NCBI GenBank assembly: GCA_048886685.1
Contig: JBHLKM010000030.1
Location: 1 to 24,503, forward strand
DNA length: 24,503 nt
Source: Candidatus Hodarchaeota archaeon
Lineage (GTDB): Archaea; Asgardarchaeota; Lokiarchaeia; Sigyniarchaeales; SOKP01
Direction: 5' to 3'
Part shown: positions 17,436-24,503 of the stretch, one piece after another
Position numbering within the stretch: position 1 is the first letter of the stretch
Layout: every line of letters begins with the position of its first letter
Position numbers and translations under genes: made by a program
The notes under the pieces: generated by a model
What the model was told of the DNA's origin: nothing
The model's database searches: none
Seen by the model: only the letters and a program-made list of their open reading frames with translations

Positions 17436-18731
17436 CTAGGTTTTTAATAAACTTTGATAACTATTATGTGTTTTTTCAGCAACTATATCCCATGTATAGT
17501 TTTGAGAAACTCTATATTGACCAGCTAATCCGAATTTCTTTTTTAATTTTTTATTCTTTAGTAGTTTGATTACTTTTTGAGCAATATCTTCAGGATTATC
17601 AAATTCAACTAAAAGGCCATCAGTGTTTTCCCTTATTACTTCAGGAGTAGCACCTATTCTAGCTCCAATAACGGGTGTTCCCGCTGCCCATGCCTCTAAA
17701 AAGGCTATTCCAAAAGCATCGCTCCTACTCGGCATTAAATATATGTCAGCTTCTTTGAAAGCTGTTAATTTTTTTTTATCATAATAACCTGTTAAATTAT
17801 CTGGTGAAAAATTAATTATCCTTGCGCGTTCAGGTTTTTGAATTTTAGTTAATTCATGATTGTAAGCTTTGGTCGAAGGTCCGATAAAAACAAAATAGAT
17901 TTTTTTGATTTTTTCAAGAATAAAAGGAATAGCCCTTAAAATAGAAATAGCACCTTTCTCATAATTTTTATTCCCACAAAAGAGTACTAATCCAAATTTC
18001 TTCTCCTTTTTATGAAAAAATGTTTCTTTAAAATAGTAATTATTTAATCTTGTTTCATGTACACTCTCGAATATTTTATAATCCACACCCATTGGCACAA
18101 CAATTATCTTTTCCTTTTGAATTTTAAATTTATTAACTAAAATCCTTTTTTCTATATGTGTACAAGCAATTAAACGGTCAAATTTTTTTAATACTTCATT
18201 TAAAACTGAATCTGAATACCTCGGATTTGAAAAATGGAAAAAAGGAGTACAAATAGTGGGGATTTCCATAAGTTTTCCAACGAGTAAGCTTATAATTAAA
18301 TTAAAATACGGAAAAAATGTTGTGTGAACTAAATCATAAGTCCTATTTTTTTCTTCGATGAAATGATCTATTAAATCTTCTAAATATGGTCCATTTTTAA
18401 TAATTTTTTTTACACAATCATTTCTAAGATTTAAAGAATTAAAGGATTCTATGCTTTTTAGCTTTAATAAGATTTCTTCTTCTGAAATTCTGTAATTTAT
18501 GGGAAATCGCTTTATTTTCAAAGAATTTACCTTATGGAAAAATTTTTCGTTAGAATTTATTATTCTTCCCGTAGGCTCTCTTAAAGCTTTAAAATCTATA
18601 GCATTAGAGGTAAAAACATCGATACGATAATTATACCTAGAAGTCAAGATCTCTGCCATTCTTTGAAAATAGAATTCAGCACCAGATATGGCAGGGAAAT
18701 ATCTTGTTGGGAGATATAATATATTATTCAA
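17436..18731 (-). CDS. Glycosyltransferase family 4 (GT-B)
   Basis: Y.P...GAE, VVPMGVD, EKG, ADI..MPS.SDAFGIAFLEAWAAG.PVI, GLLV and YTWD. TTG start. Confidence 0.92.
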   Translation of the reverse strand: MNNILYLPTRYFPAISGAEFYFQRMAEILTSRYNYRIDVFTSNAIDFKALREPTGRIINSNEKFFHKVNSLKIKRFPINYRISEEEILLKLKSIESFNSLNLRNDCVKKIIKNGPYLEDLIDHFIEEKNRTYDLVHTTFFPYFNLIISLLVGKLMEIPTICTPFFHFSNPRYSDSVLNEVLKKFDRLIACTHIEKRILVNKFKIQKEKIIVVPMGVDYKIFESVHETRLNNYYFKETFFHKKEKKFGLVLFCGNKNYEKGAISILRAIPFILEKIKKIYFVFIGPSTKAYNHELTKIQKPERARIINFSPDNLTGYYDKKKLTAFKEADIYLMPSRSDAFGIAFLEAWAAGTPVIGARIGATPEVIRENTDGLLVEFDNPEDIAQKVIKLLKNKKLKKKFGLAGQYRVSQNYTWDIVAEKTHNSYQSLLKT

Positions 18732-18802
18732 TATTTTGTTGATCCTTTTTTATTTATAGATACTATTAATATTTAACGACAGTTAATTTTTTCCATGTAA
18801 AA

Positions 18803-19231
18803 TTGGATATTGAAGGACATCTAGTTTTTTCCAAGAAAATGTCAAAAGATTTATTAATAAAGATTTTTGAAGTAGCTAAACAGAAGCAAATAATCGATGA
18901 AGATTTCATTTCATTCTTGGAGAGCATATTCCCTGATAAATCTAATGACGTTATAGAAGTATTGAAGAGAGGAATTACAAAATATATTTATCAACCGTCA
19001 AATAGAATCGTTTGGACTGCTATGGGGCAAAATCAGGAACATTTAATATATCCAAGATTGTTTTGCTCCTGTCAAGATTTCTATAAGAATGTTGTTGTGT
19101 ATAGAAAAAGAATTTTTTGTAAACATATAATTGCTCAAGTAATTAGTGAGGCTTTTAATGAATTTATAACTAAAGAATTAGAAGATAGCAAATTCAAAGA
19201 GTTAGTGAGAGAATTAAAGTTGAATATATAA
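18803..19231 (+). CDS. SWIM zinc-finger protein (Sws1/ZSWIM7-like)
   Basis: FCSCQDF...CKHIIA (CxC-Xn-CxH). Confidence 0.8.
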   Translation: MDIEGHLVFSKKMSKDLLIKIFEVAKQKQIIDEDFISFLESIFPDKSNDVIEVLKRGITKYIYQPSNRIVWTAMGQNQEHLIYPRLFCSCQDFYKNVVVYRKRIFCKHIIAQVISEAFNEFITKELEDSKFKELVRELKLNI

Positions 19232-19282
19232 AGTTTCAATTCTCTTAATAGAATATCTTGAAAGATAAAAAGATTTCCTAAC

Positions 19283-19900
19283 TTATTTTACTCTAATTTC
19301 TGCACGATTCCATTTTTTCAAATAATCATTAAAGTCTTCTAAATCTATTTCATGAGGAATACTAATTTTGTTTGTAACCTCTAATTTTCTTATTTTAAAC
19401 ATTAATTTTTTGTTTTTTCGATAAAAGTTTTCTGCTTTTGGATACTCTTCCTTGAATATTTCTTTCAATTTATCCAAATCCACTTGGTCTAAATCATCGT
19501 AATTATCGATAACAAAATTACACAGAGGATCGATAGATATTGAAAAATTAAAAGCATCAAGACGTTTTAAAGCTAAGGGATACGCTTGACAAGCTAAGGG
19601 TTTAACATCATGAATTGTACAGCCTTTTGTTCTATAGTAGAAAGGACACCCCTTCGATTCATTATTTAATCTAATTCGATAAGTTAAAACTAAAATCTTC
19701 TCATTTTGAACGTCTGGAAAAACTAAATCTTCGATTATCTTGAAATCAACACCTCTTTTCTTTGCTATTTCAATCAATGTATCTGCTTCGTCTGGATATA
19801 TAGGAATTCTTTTTACATAATCTCCAGGAACCTCATGGCAACATGTCCCACACTTTTTACACTTGTATATTAGATTTGTCATTATTCTTCCTATTATCAA
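19283..19900 (-). CDS. YkgJ/UPF0153 Cys-cluster (CxxCxxCC) protein
   Basis: CKKCGTCC, CPF....CTIH..KP..C..YP. The start may be the ATG at 19882. Confidence 0.85.
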   Translation of the reverse strand: MIIGRIMTNLIYKCKKCGTCCHEVPGDYVKRIPIYPDEADTLIEIAKKRGVDFKIIEDLVFPDVQNEKILVLTYRIRLNNESKGCPFYYRTKGCTIHDVKPLACQAYPLALKRLDAFNFSISIDPLCNFVIDNYDDLDQVDLDKLKEIFKEEYPKAENFYRKNKKLMFKIRKLEVTNKISIPHEIDLEDFNDYLKKWNRAEIRVK

Positions 19901-20078
19901 GTACTATAAATCATATTTTTGGTATTTAATCTAGGTTTTGCCTAAAAAATAACTTTTTGATAATATGAAAATATTACTTTTACACTAAACATTGTGTCTA
20001 TGAGGATAATATATCCATTTTAAACTGATAAAAATACCCTATTATTAGACAAATTTTAGTGAAAAGAAGGTTTAATAT

Positions 20079-20888
20079 ATGGAAGGTATTAGAATTATTC
20101 AACATATCAACCTTTCTAAGGAAGATTTCATAAAGCCATTATGCATTTTAGGAATGCCAGGAATTGCCGATGTGGGCAAATTTGCTTTAGATTCATTAAT
20201 AGGGCAACTTAATGCAAAAAATTTAATGGATATCATTTTTGATGATTATCCCGCAGGAGCAATCGTTGATGACAGTATGTTATCTGCTCCTAAGGCAGAA
20301 ATATTGTATTGGAAAGATCCAAATGAATTAAGAGATATTATATTAATAACTGCTGATGCTCAAAGTTTAACACCTAAGGGGATATACCGCATCTCTAATT
20401 TTCTTACAGAAATAATTAATAATTATGGGATCAAACTAATTGTTGCATTAGGTGCCTATCCCGTAAGCAGTCGAAAGCTGAATTCAAAGATTCCTAAAAT
20501 TTTTGCTAGTTCTACAAATAGAGAATTATTAGATAACTACTTGGTTGTAACTAATTGTCAGAAAATTCAGAAAGGGGTAATAATAGGTGCAAATGGATTA
20601 ATTCCAACACTAGCAAAAGCACGGTTTAATATTGATGGTTTAGTTTTTCTTGCCGAAACAGATAATATGGCTATGATTAACGAAGATATCACAGATTTAA
20701 GAGCCTCAATTACACTTTTAGAAATGCTTAAAAAATCATTTGCTTTGCCAATCAAAAAGAAGTATTCATTAGAAAATATTGATGATATTACAAAAAATCT
20801 TCAAATTAAGAAAGATCAGCTGGAAAAGGATCTTGATAGTCTTCAACTTGTAGAAACAGATGATAAAAGAAAATCTCTTTACATATAA
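20079..20888 (+). CDS. PAC2-family proteasome assembly chaperone (PbaA/PbaB-like)
   Basis: GMPGIADVGK.A...LI, D.Q, LGAY, IIGANGL, L.ET and D..AS. The C-terminus ends in SLYI, an HbYX motif. Confidence 0.88.
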   Translation: MEGIRIIQHINLSKEDFIKPLCILGMPGIADVGKFALDSLIGQLNAKNLMDIIFDDYPAGAIVDDSMLSAPKAEILYWKDPNELRDIILITADAQSLTPKGIYRISNFLTEIINNYGIKLIVALGAYPVSSRKLNSKIPKIFASSTNRELLDNYLVVTNCQKIQKGVIIGANGLIPTLAKARFNIDGLVFLAETDNMAMINEDITDLRASITLLEMLKKSFALPIKKKYSLENIDDITKNLQIKKDQLEKDLDSLQLVETDDKRKSLYI

Positions 20889-20986
20889 TAAGCATTTTTT
20901 AAAACCTATTTCTTTTTCATTAAACTCATTTAAGATTACTAATCTTAAGCGAAAAATATTTTAACTATGAAATATTTGGTTGTAAT

Positions 20987-21136
20987 ATGAAATATGTGTG
21001 TGCTAGAAAGAGTTGCGGGAAAGAAGTAAGTAAAAAAGAATTAAGCGCACTTCCAGGGATTAAATGTTCTCATTGTGGATTTCGGATTTTGTATAAAAAA
21101 AGACCAGATGTAATTAAAAGGATTAAGGTTCGTTAA
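20987..21136 (+). CDS. rpoP: DNA-directed RNA polymerase subunit P (Rpo12), 49 aa; absent from the ORF track
   Basis: Hand translation gives MKYVCARKSCGKEVSKKELSALPGIKCSHCGFRILYKKRPDVIKRIKVR*, a Zn ribbon with the C..CG.RIL.K.R signature. Confidence 0.93.
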   Translation: MKYVCARKSCGKEVSKKELSALPGIKCSHCGFRILYKKRPDVIKRIKVR

Positions 21137-21206
21137 AATTATTTCTGTCTTAAATCTCTATTATTGAATATAGAAACTAAATATATTTTATACTACCAAT
21201 TTTAGA

Positions 21207-22145
21207 TTAGATGTTTAAATTAAATTTCAAATGATTAACTAATTCTTTATACCTATTTCTTATAGTTGCTTCTGTTACACCCGCTGCGATTGAAATTTCT
21301 TTTTGAGTTCGCCTTTCTCCTTCTTGTATTGCAGCAACATACAAAGCTGCACCTGCTAAACCTGTTGGAGCTTTCCCAGCGGTAATACGATGCATTTTAG
21401 CTAGTTCTAAAATCGATGCAGCTCTATTTTGGGTTCTACCTGATAATTTCAAATCAGCACAAAATCGAGGGATAAAATTAATAGGGGAAGAAACGTGAAT
21501 ATTTAATTTTAACTCATTTAATATTAATCTGTAACATCTAGCTATCTTTTTCTTATCAACGGAAGCAAATTCTATGAAATCATCTAAGGTTTTAGGTATG
21601 TTATTTAATCTACAAGATAGGTAAATTGATGCAATTAACATTGCTTCAATCGATCTACCTCTAATTAAATTTTTATTTGCCATTTTTCTGTAAATATGAG
21701 CAGCAGATTCTTTTATATCTTTAGAAAGGTTTAGTTGCGAAGCAAACCGATCCAATTCATTCATAGCATATGCTAGATTTCTATCAATAGATTTATTGGT
21801 TCGGGTTCTCACATGCCATTTCCTTAGGCGATAAACTTCAGCCTTCATTTTTGGACTTATAGTTTTCCCAAAAGCATCTTTATTTTTCCAGCCTATCATA
21901 GTACTTAATCCTTTATCATGTAGAGTTAAAGTTGTTGGTGCTCCAACTCTTACTTTTCTATTTGCCTCTTCAGAAGTGAAAGCTCTCCATTCAGGGCCTG
22001 AATCAATGATTCTTTGGCTTAAAACTAAACCACAATCATTACAAACAATCTCACCGCGGGTATCATCAGAGATTAAATTTTTGTTACCACACTCTGGGCA
22101 TAAATTTAAATTTTTTTGAGGTATTGAAAGATCTACCAAATTCAA
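21207..22145 (-). CDS. tfb: Transcription initiation factor IIB (TFB)
   Basis: CPECG..GEIVC.DCGLV, ID.GPEWRAF, HDKGLST, RGRSIE, GKAP.GLA.AALY and GVTEATIRNRY. TTG start. Confidence 0.97.
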   Translation of the reverse strand: MNLVDLSIPQKNLNLCPECGNKNLISDDTRGEIVCNDCGLVLSQRIIDSGPEWRAFTSEEANRKVRVGAPTTLTLHDKGLSTMIGWKNKDAFGKTISPKMKAEVYRLRKWHVRTRTNKSIDRNLAYAMNELDRFASQLNLSKDIKESAAHIYRKMANKNLIRGRSIEAMLIASIYLSCRLNNIPKTLDDFIEFASVDKKKIARCYRLILNELKLNIHVSSPINFIPRFCADLKLSGRTQNRAASILELAKMHRITAGKAPTGLAGAALYVAAIQEGERRTQKEISIAAGVTEATIRNRYKELVNHLKFNLNI

Positions 22146-22304
22146 CCCTTAAAAAATTCTATTATTTAATTTTCATAATCAATCTTGCACATATAAATAT
22201 TTGCGTTTTGAGGATTTATCAGTTAATAATAATCTCAATTTTTCATTTTTGTTTTTCAACTTAGATCGAAACATTTTAATAAGTTTGTTCTTTCTCTTAA
22301 TATA

Positions 22305-22769
22305 ATGCGACATTTTTACAAAACACACGGAAAACATTGTTATCTTCGATCTTTTCAAAGCAAATGTTCAAGGTGTGGTGCAGATGTATTATATTGGGAG
22401 TGCAGGCACGGAAGTAAAGTTTTTTTTAATTATCCCCCGTATGGGAAATTGGTAAGACATTTTTGTCGGTATAACTCGGGCAGATTAAAAGTAAAGACAA
22501 AATATCCTGTTATTGTTAAAAAGCCTAAAGGGCTTTTAGTAAAAGAGTCACCAACTTGTCCTGCATGTGGTAGATTATTTAATACCCTTAAGAATCTTAA
22601 TGATCACATCAATAATTTGAAAAAACAAGATAATTTGCACCAAAATTTCGTCAAAAACAAACTAAATTTTGAATTAGGATATCAAGAAGAAAGTCAAGTT
22701 TACTCTGATAAATATAAATCGTATTATAAACCAAAGTTTGGAAAAATAAATATTAAGAAAAAGAAATAA
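22305..22769 (+). CDS. Basic multi-zinc-finger hypothetical protein
   Basis: CSRC..WECRH..HFC cluster plus a C2H2-like CPACGRLF...L.DH........LH, with a Lys-rich tail. Confidence 0.7.
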   Translation: MRHFYKTHGKHCYLRSFQSKCSRCGADVLYWECRHGSKVFFNYPPYGKLVRHFCRYNSGRLKVKTKYPVIVKKPKGLLVKESPTCPACGRLFNTLKNLNDHINNLKKQDNLHQNFVKNKLNFELGYQEESQVYSDKYKSYYKPKFGKINIKKKK

Positions 22770-22891
22770 AATGCTATTTTAATGTTATAGATAAATTTTT
22801 AAAAAATCAGTTTATAATTATTTTATAATAAAATGTAATTTCGCTAATTTTTAATAGCCTTTCATAAAACTATAATAAAAAGGAAAAAAAG

Positions 22892-23527
22892 ATGCCAGTA
22901 GATCCCGCAACCGCAGTCTATAATTTAATGCAAGCAGATCCTAACATTATTGCAGCTGCAGTAATTAAGGGTAAGGAAATTATTTATACCACAGATAATT
23001 GGGATATTAGTGGAGATGTAGACAGAGTAATATCAAGTTGGGTTGGTCAAAATGCTCAGTTCATAATGGTTTCTGGAGTAAAATATTCGATACTGCAGAT
23101 GGAGACTGAACGTTTAGTTGCAATATCATTTGCAGGGGAAGGAAGCATTTGCGCTGCAAAAGATGAGGAACATAAACTTATTTGTTATCTCCAGCCAGAT
23201 GGAGATGCTCGTGGAGCTATAATGGATGTTCAGAGAGCTGTAGGAACAATGAGCACACAAGGACCATACATGGAAGTGAATGCCCAATTGGGTCAACAAA
23301 CATCTCAGATTGGAGGAGCCTCTACTGCGGGTAGAATGGTTGCTACAGGGGGCGGTTCTAGCGTAGATCCACAATTACAAGGTGAAATTAAAGCCTTCTT
23401 AGATTGGATTAAGGATAGTGAGGGTTTAGCGGGATATGTAAGTTATTATCTTCAACAAAATAATGCTCAAATTATTTCTGATTTATCTAAAATATATAAT
23501 GAATTAAGACAAATTTTTGGCGTCTAA
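22892..23527 (+). CDS. Asgard (Loki-type) profilin domain fused via a Gly/Ser/Thr linker to a ~54-aa C-terminal helical domain
   Basis: Residues 1-121 match the Loki profilin pattern as recalled (A.I.G..I..T.NW.IS.D, G.KY.I....ER....G.G, I.Y..P.G). Residues 122-157 form a low-complexity linker and 158-211 form amphipathic helices. Confidence 0.8.
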   Translation: MPVDPATAVYNLMQADPNIIAAAVIKGKEIIYTTDNWDISGDVDRVISSWVGQNAQFIMVSGVKYSILQMETERLVAISFAGEGSICAAKDEEHKLICYLQPDGDARGAIMDVQRAVGTMSTQGPYMEVNAQLGQQTSQIGGASTAGRMVATGGGSSVDPQLQGEIKAFLDWIKDSEGLAGYVSYYLQQNNAQIISDLSKIYNELRQIFGV

Positions 23528-23654
23528 ATTTTGATTTAAAATAAATCTAGTTCTAAATTTATAATTACTTCAAAAAATTAGTAGAAATTTTGTTAAAATT
23601 TTTTTATTAATTCAGATATCATATTATTATGTAAGTCTGAAATATATTCCCGTA

Positions 23655-24161
23655 GTGACAGTTTTGGAGACTAATAAAAATTCCAATAAAAAGGAAAAAA
23701 AGAATAAACAAATTGAATCAAAAAAACAAGATGTGACAAAAGTGAAAAATGTTGATAAAAAAATCACTGACACAAAACCAAAAGAAATAAGCGATAAACC
23801 AGATTATTCAACGAAAGAGCATAAGGATCTTGATATACCCTCCGTTCCTGAGCCTCCTAAGAAAAAAGATAATGTATCAATAGATTCTCCAGATCTAATC
23901 CCAGATGTTTTAAAGAGGATTAAAAAAGTCGAATCTCCTGATATGAAGGTAGTTTTAGTAAATTGTGATCGATGCAAAGCGGTTATTCCAATTCCAGTCC
24001 CAAAAAAAGTTGTCATTGATTCAGAACTACCTATTGTTCCCGTAAGTTATGTTCATAAAAATCTTGATAATAAGGATCAGCATTGTATTACAATTCATTT
24101 GGATCATGATTTTGATATTAGAAGACAAAGACTTTCTGATGTAGTTATTTCCTCAGATTAG
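23655..24161 (+). CDS. Hypothetical protein: disordered Lys/Pro-rich N-terminus plus C-terminal CxxC...H...H Zn-type domain
   Basis: K/D/E/S-rich residues 1-80 include PSVPEPP. The C-terminal part reads CDRC..IPIPVP..PVSYVH..HCITIHLDHDFDIRR. GTG start. Confidence 0.72.
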   Translation: MTVLETNKNSNKKEKKNKQIESKKQDVTKVKNVDKKITDTKPKEISDKPDYSTKEHKDLDIPSVPEPPKKKDNVSIDSPDLIPDVLKRIKKVESPDMKVVLVNCDRCKAVIPIPVPKKVVIDSELPIVPVSYVHKNLDNKDQHCITIHLDHDFDIRRQRLSDVVISSD

Positions 24162-24228
24162 TTTTTTATATTTTAGACATTAATACATCATTTTAATCGG
24201 AATTAGAAAAAGATTAGATATTATTAAT

Positions 24229-24503
24229 ATGAAACTTATTGCAGAACGTAACAGCAAAATTGATAAATCTCTCATTTATTTAAAGCTTTTTAAGTTATAT
24301 AAGAGTTTTTTGTTACTTATCTCTGATCAAGAGGATTTAGGAATAGGAAATGTTACTTTAGGGAGTCCTCCTATAGTTGAGGGGATAAAATCACTTACTG
24401 CTTCTTTTAATTTATTTGGGATGGAGAGTAAGTTATTAAGCACAATAATTGCCGAAAAAGCTTCTAATGTATTAAATGCTCCTGTTTTACTCCTTCTATT
24501 TTT
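24229..24503 (+). CDS. Partial ORF, putative PAC4 (PSMG4)/PAC3-like proteasome assembly chaperone; truncated by the window end and absent from the ORF track
   Basis: Open frame from ATG 24229: MKLIAERNSKIDKSLIYLKLFKLYKSFLLLISDQEDLGIGNVTLGSPPIVEGIKSLTASFNLFGMESKLLSTIIAEKASNVLNAPVLLLLF. The pattern G..tL..P...S..LfG....ia.k.....PV resembles PAC4. Confidence 0.6.
   Translation, partial: MKLIAERNSKIDKSLIYLKLFKLYKSFLLLISDQEDLGIGNVTLGSPPIVEGIKSLTASFNLFGMESKLLSTIIAEKASNVLNAPVLLLLF

Noticed and set aside
13523-24016. Antisense ORFs 13523-13837, 15243-15425, 15374-15901, 16506-16688, 20567-20755, 23126-23374 and 23804-24016
   Set aside because: They are opposite-strand shadows of rio1, ftsZ, the PLP enzyme, PAC2, profilin and the Zn-domain gene.
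1-24503. CRISPR arrays, transposases, integrases, prophage or defence genes
   Set aside because: No regularly spaced repeats or corresponding protein motifs were seen. The tRNA 3' flank continues into housekeeping genes, not an integrated element.

Overview
AT-rich archaeal core-genome segment, most likely from an Asgard archaeon of Lokiarchaeia type. This rests on a Loki-type profilin, a supersized ES9 in the 23S rRNA, a Get3-like ATPase and a Loki-type small Zn domain. From left to right it holds: the 5' ~990 nt of a stand-alone 23S rRNA gene (- strand, no 16S upstream) with a structured leader; DUF72; the CoA-pathway genes KPR and PPS; an Ard1/RimI acetyltransferase; aRF1; ArsA/Get3; TtuA/Ncs6; a site-2 protease; an intron-containing initiator tRNA-Met heading an RPA32-like/aIF2beta/DUF424/NMD3/RIO1/Dim2 cluster; FtsZ (FtsZ2-like); a divergent fold-III PLP enzyme with a GT4; SWIM and YkgJ Cys proteins; PAC2; an unannotated rpoP; TFB; a Zn-finger protein; and a terminal trio. 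The trio is a profilin fused to an extra C-terminal helical domain, a Lys/Pro-rich Zn-domain protein and an unannotated, truncated PAC4-like gene, and it is the best candidate for undescribed biology. No CRISPR array or mobile element was seen. All family assignments come from motif recognition by eye, not from database searches.
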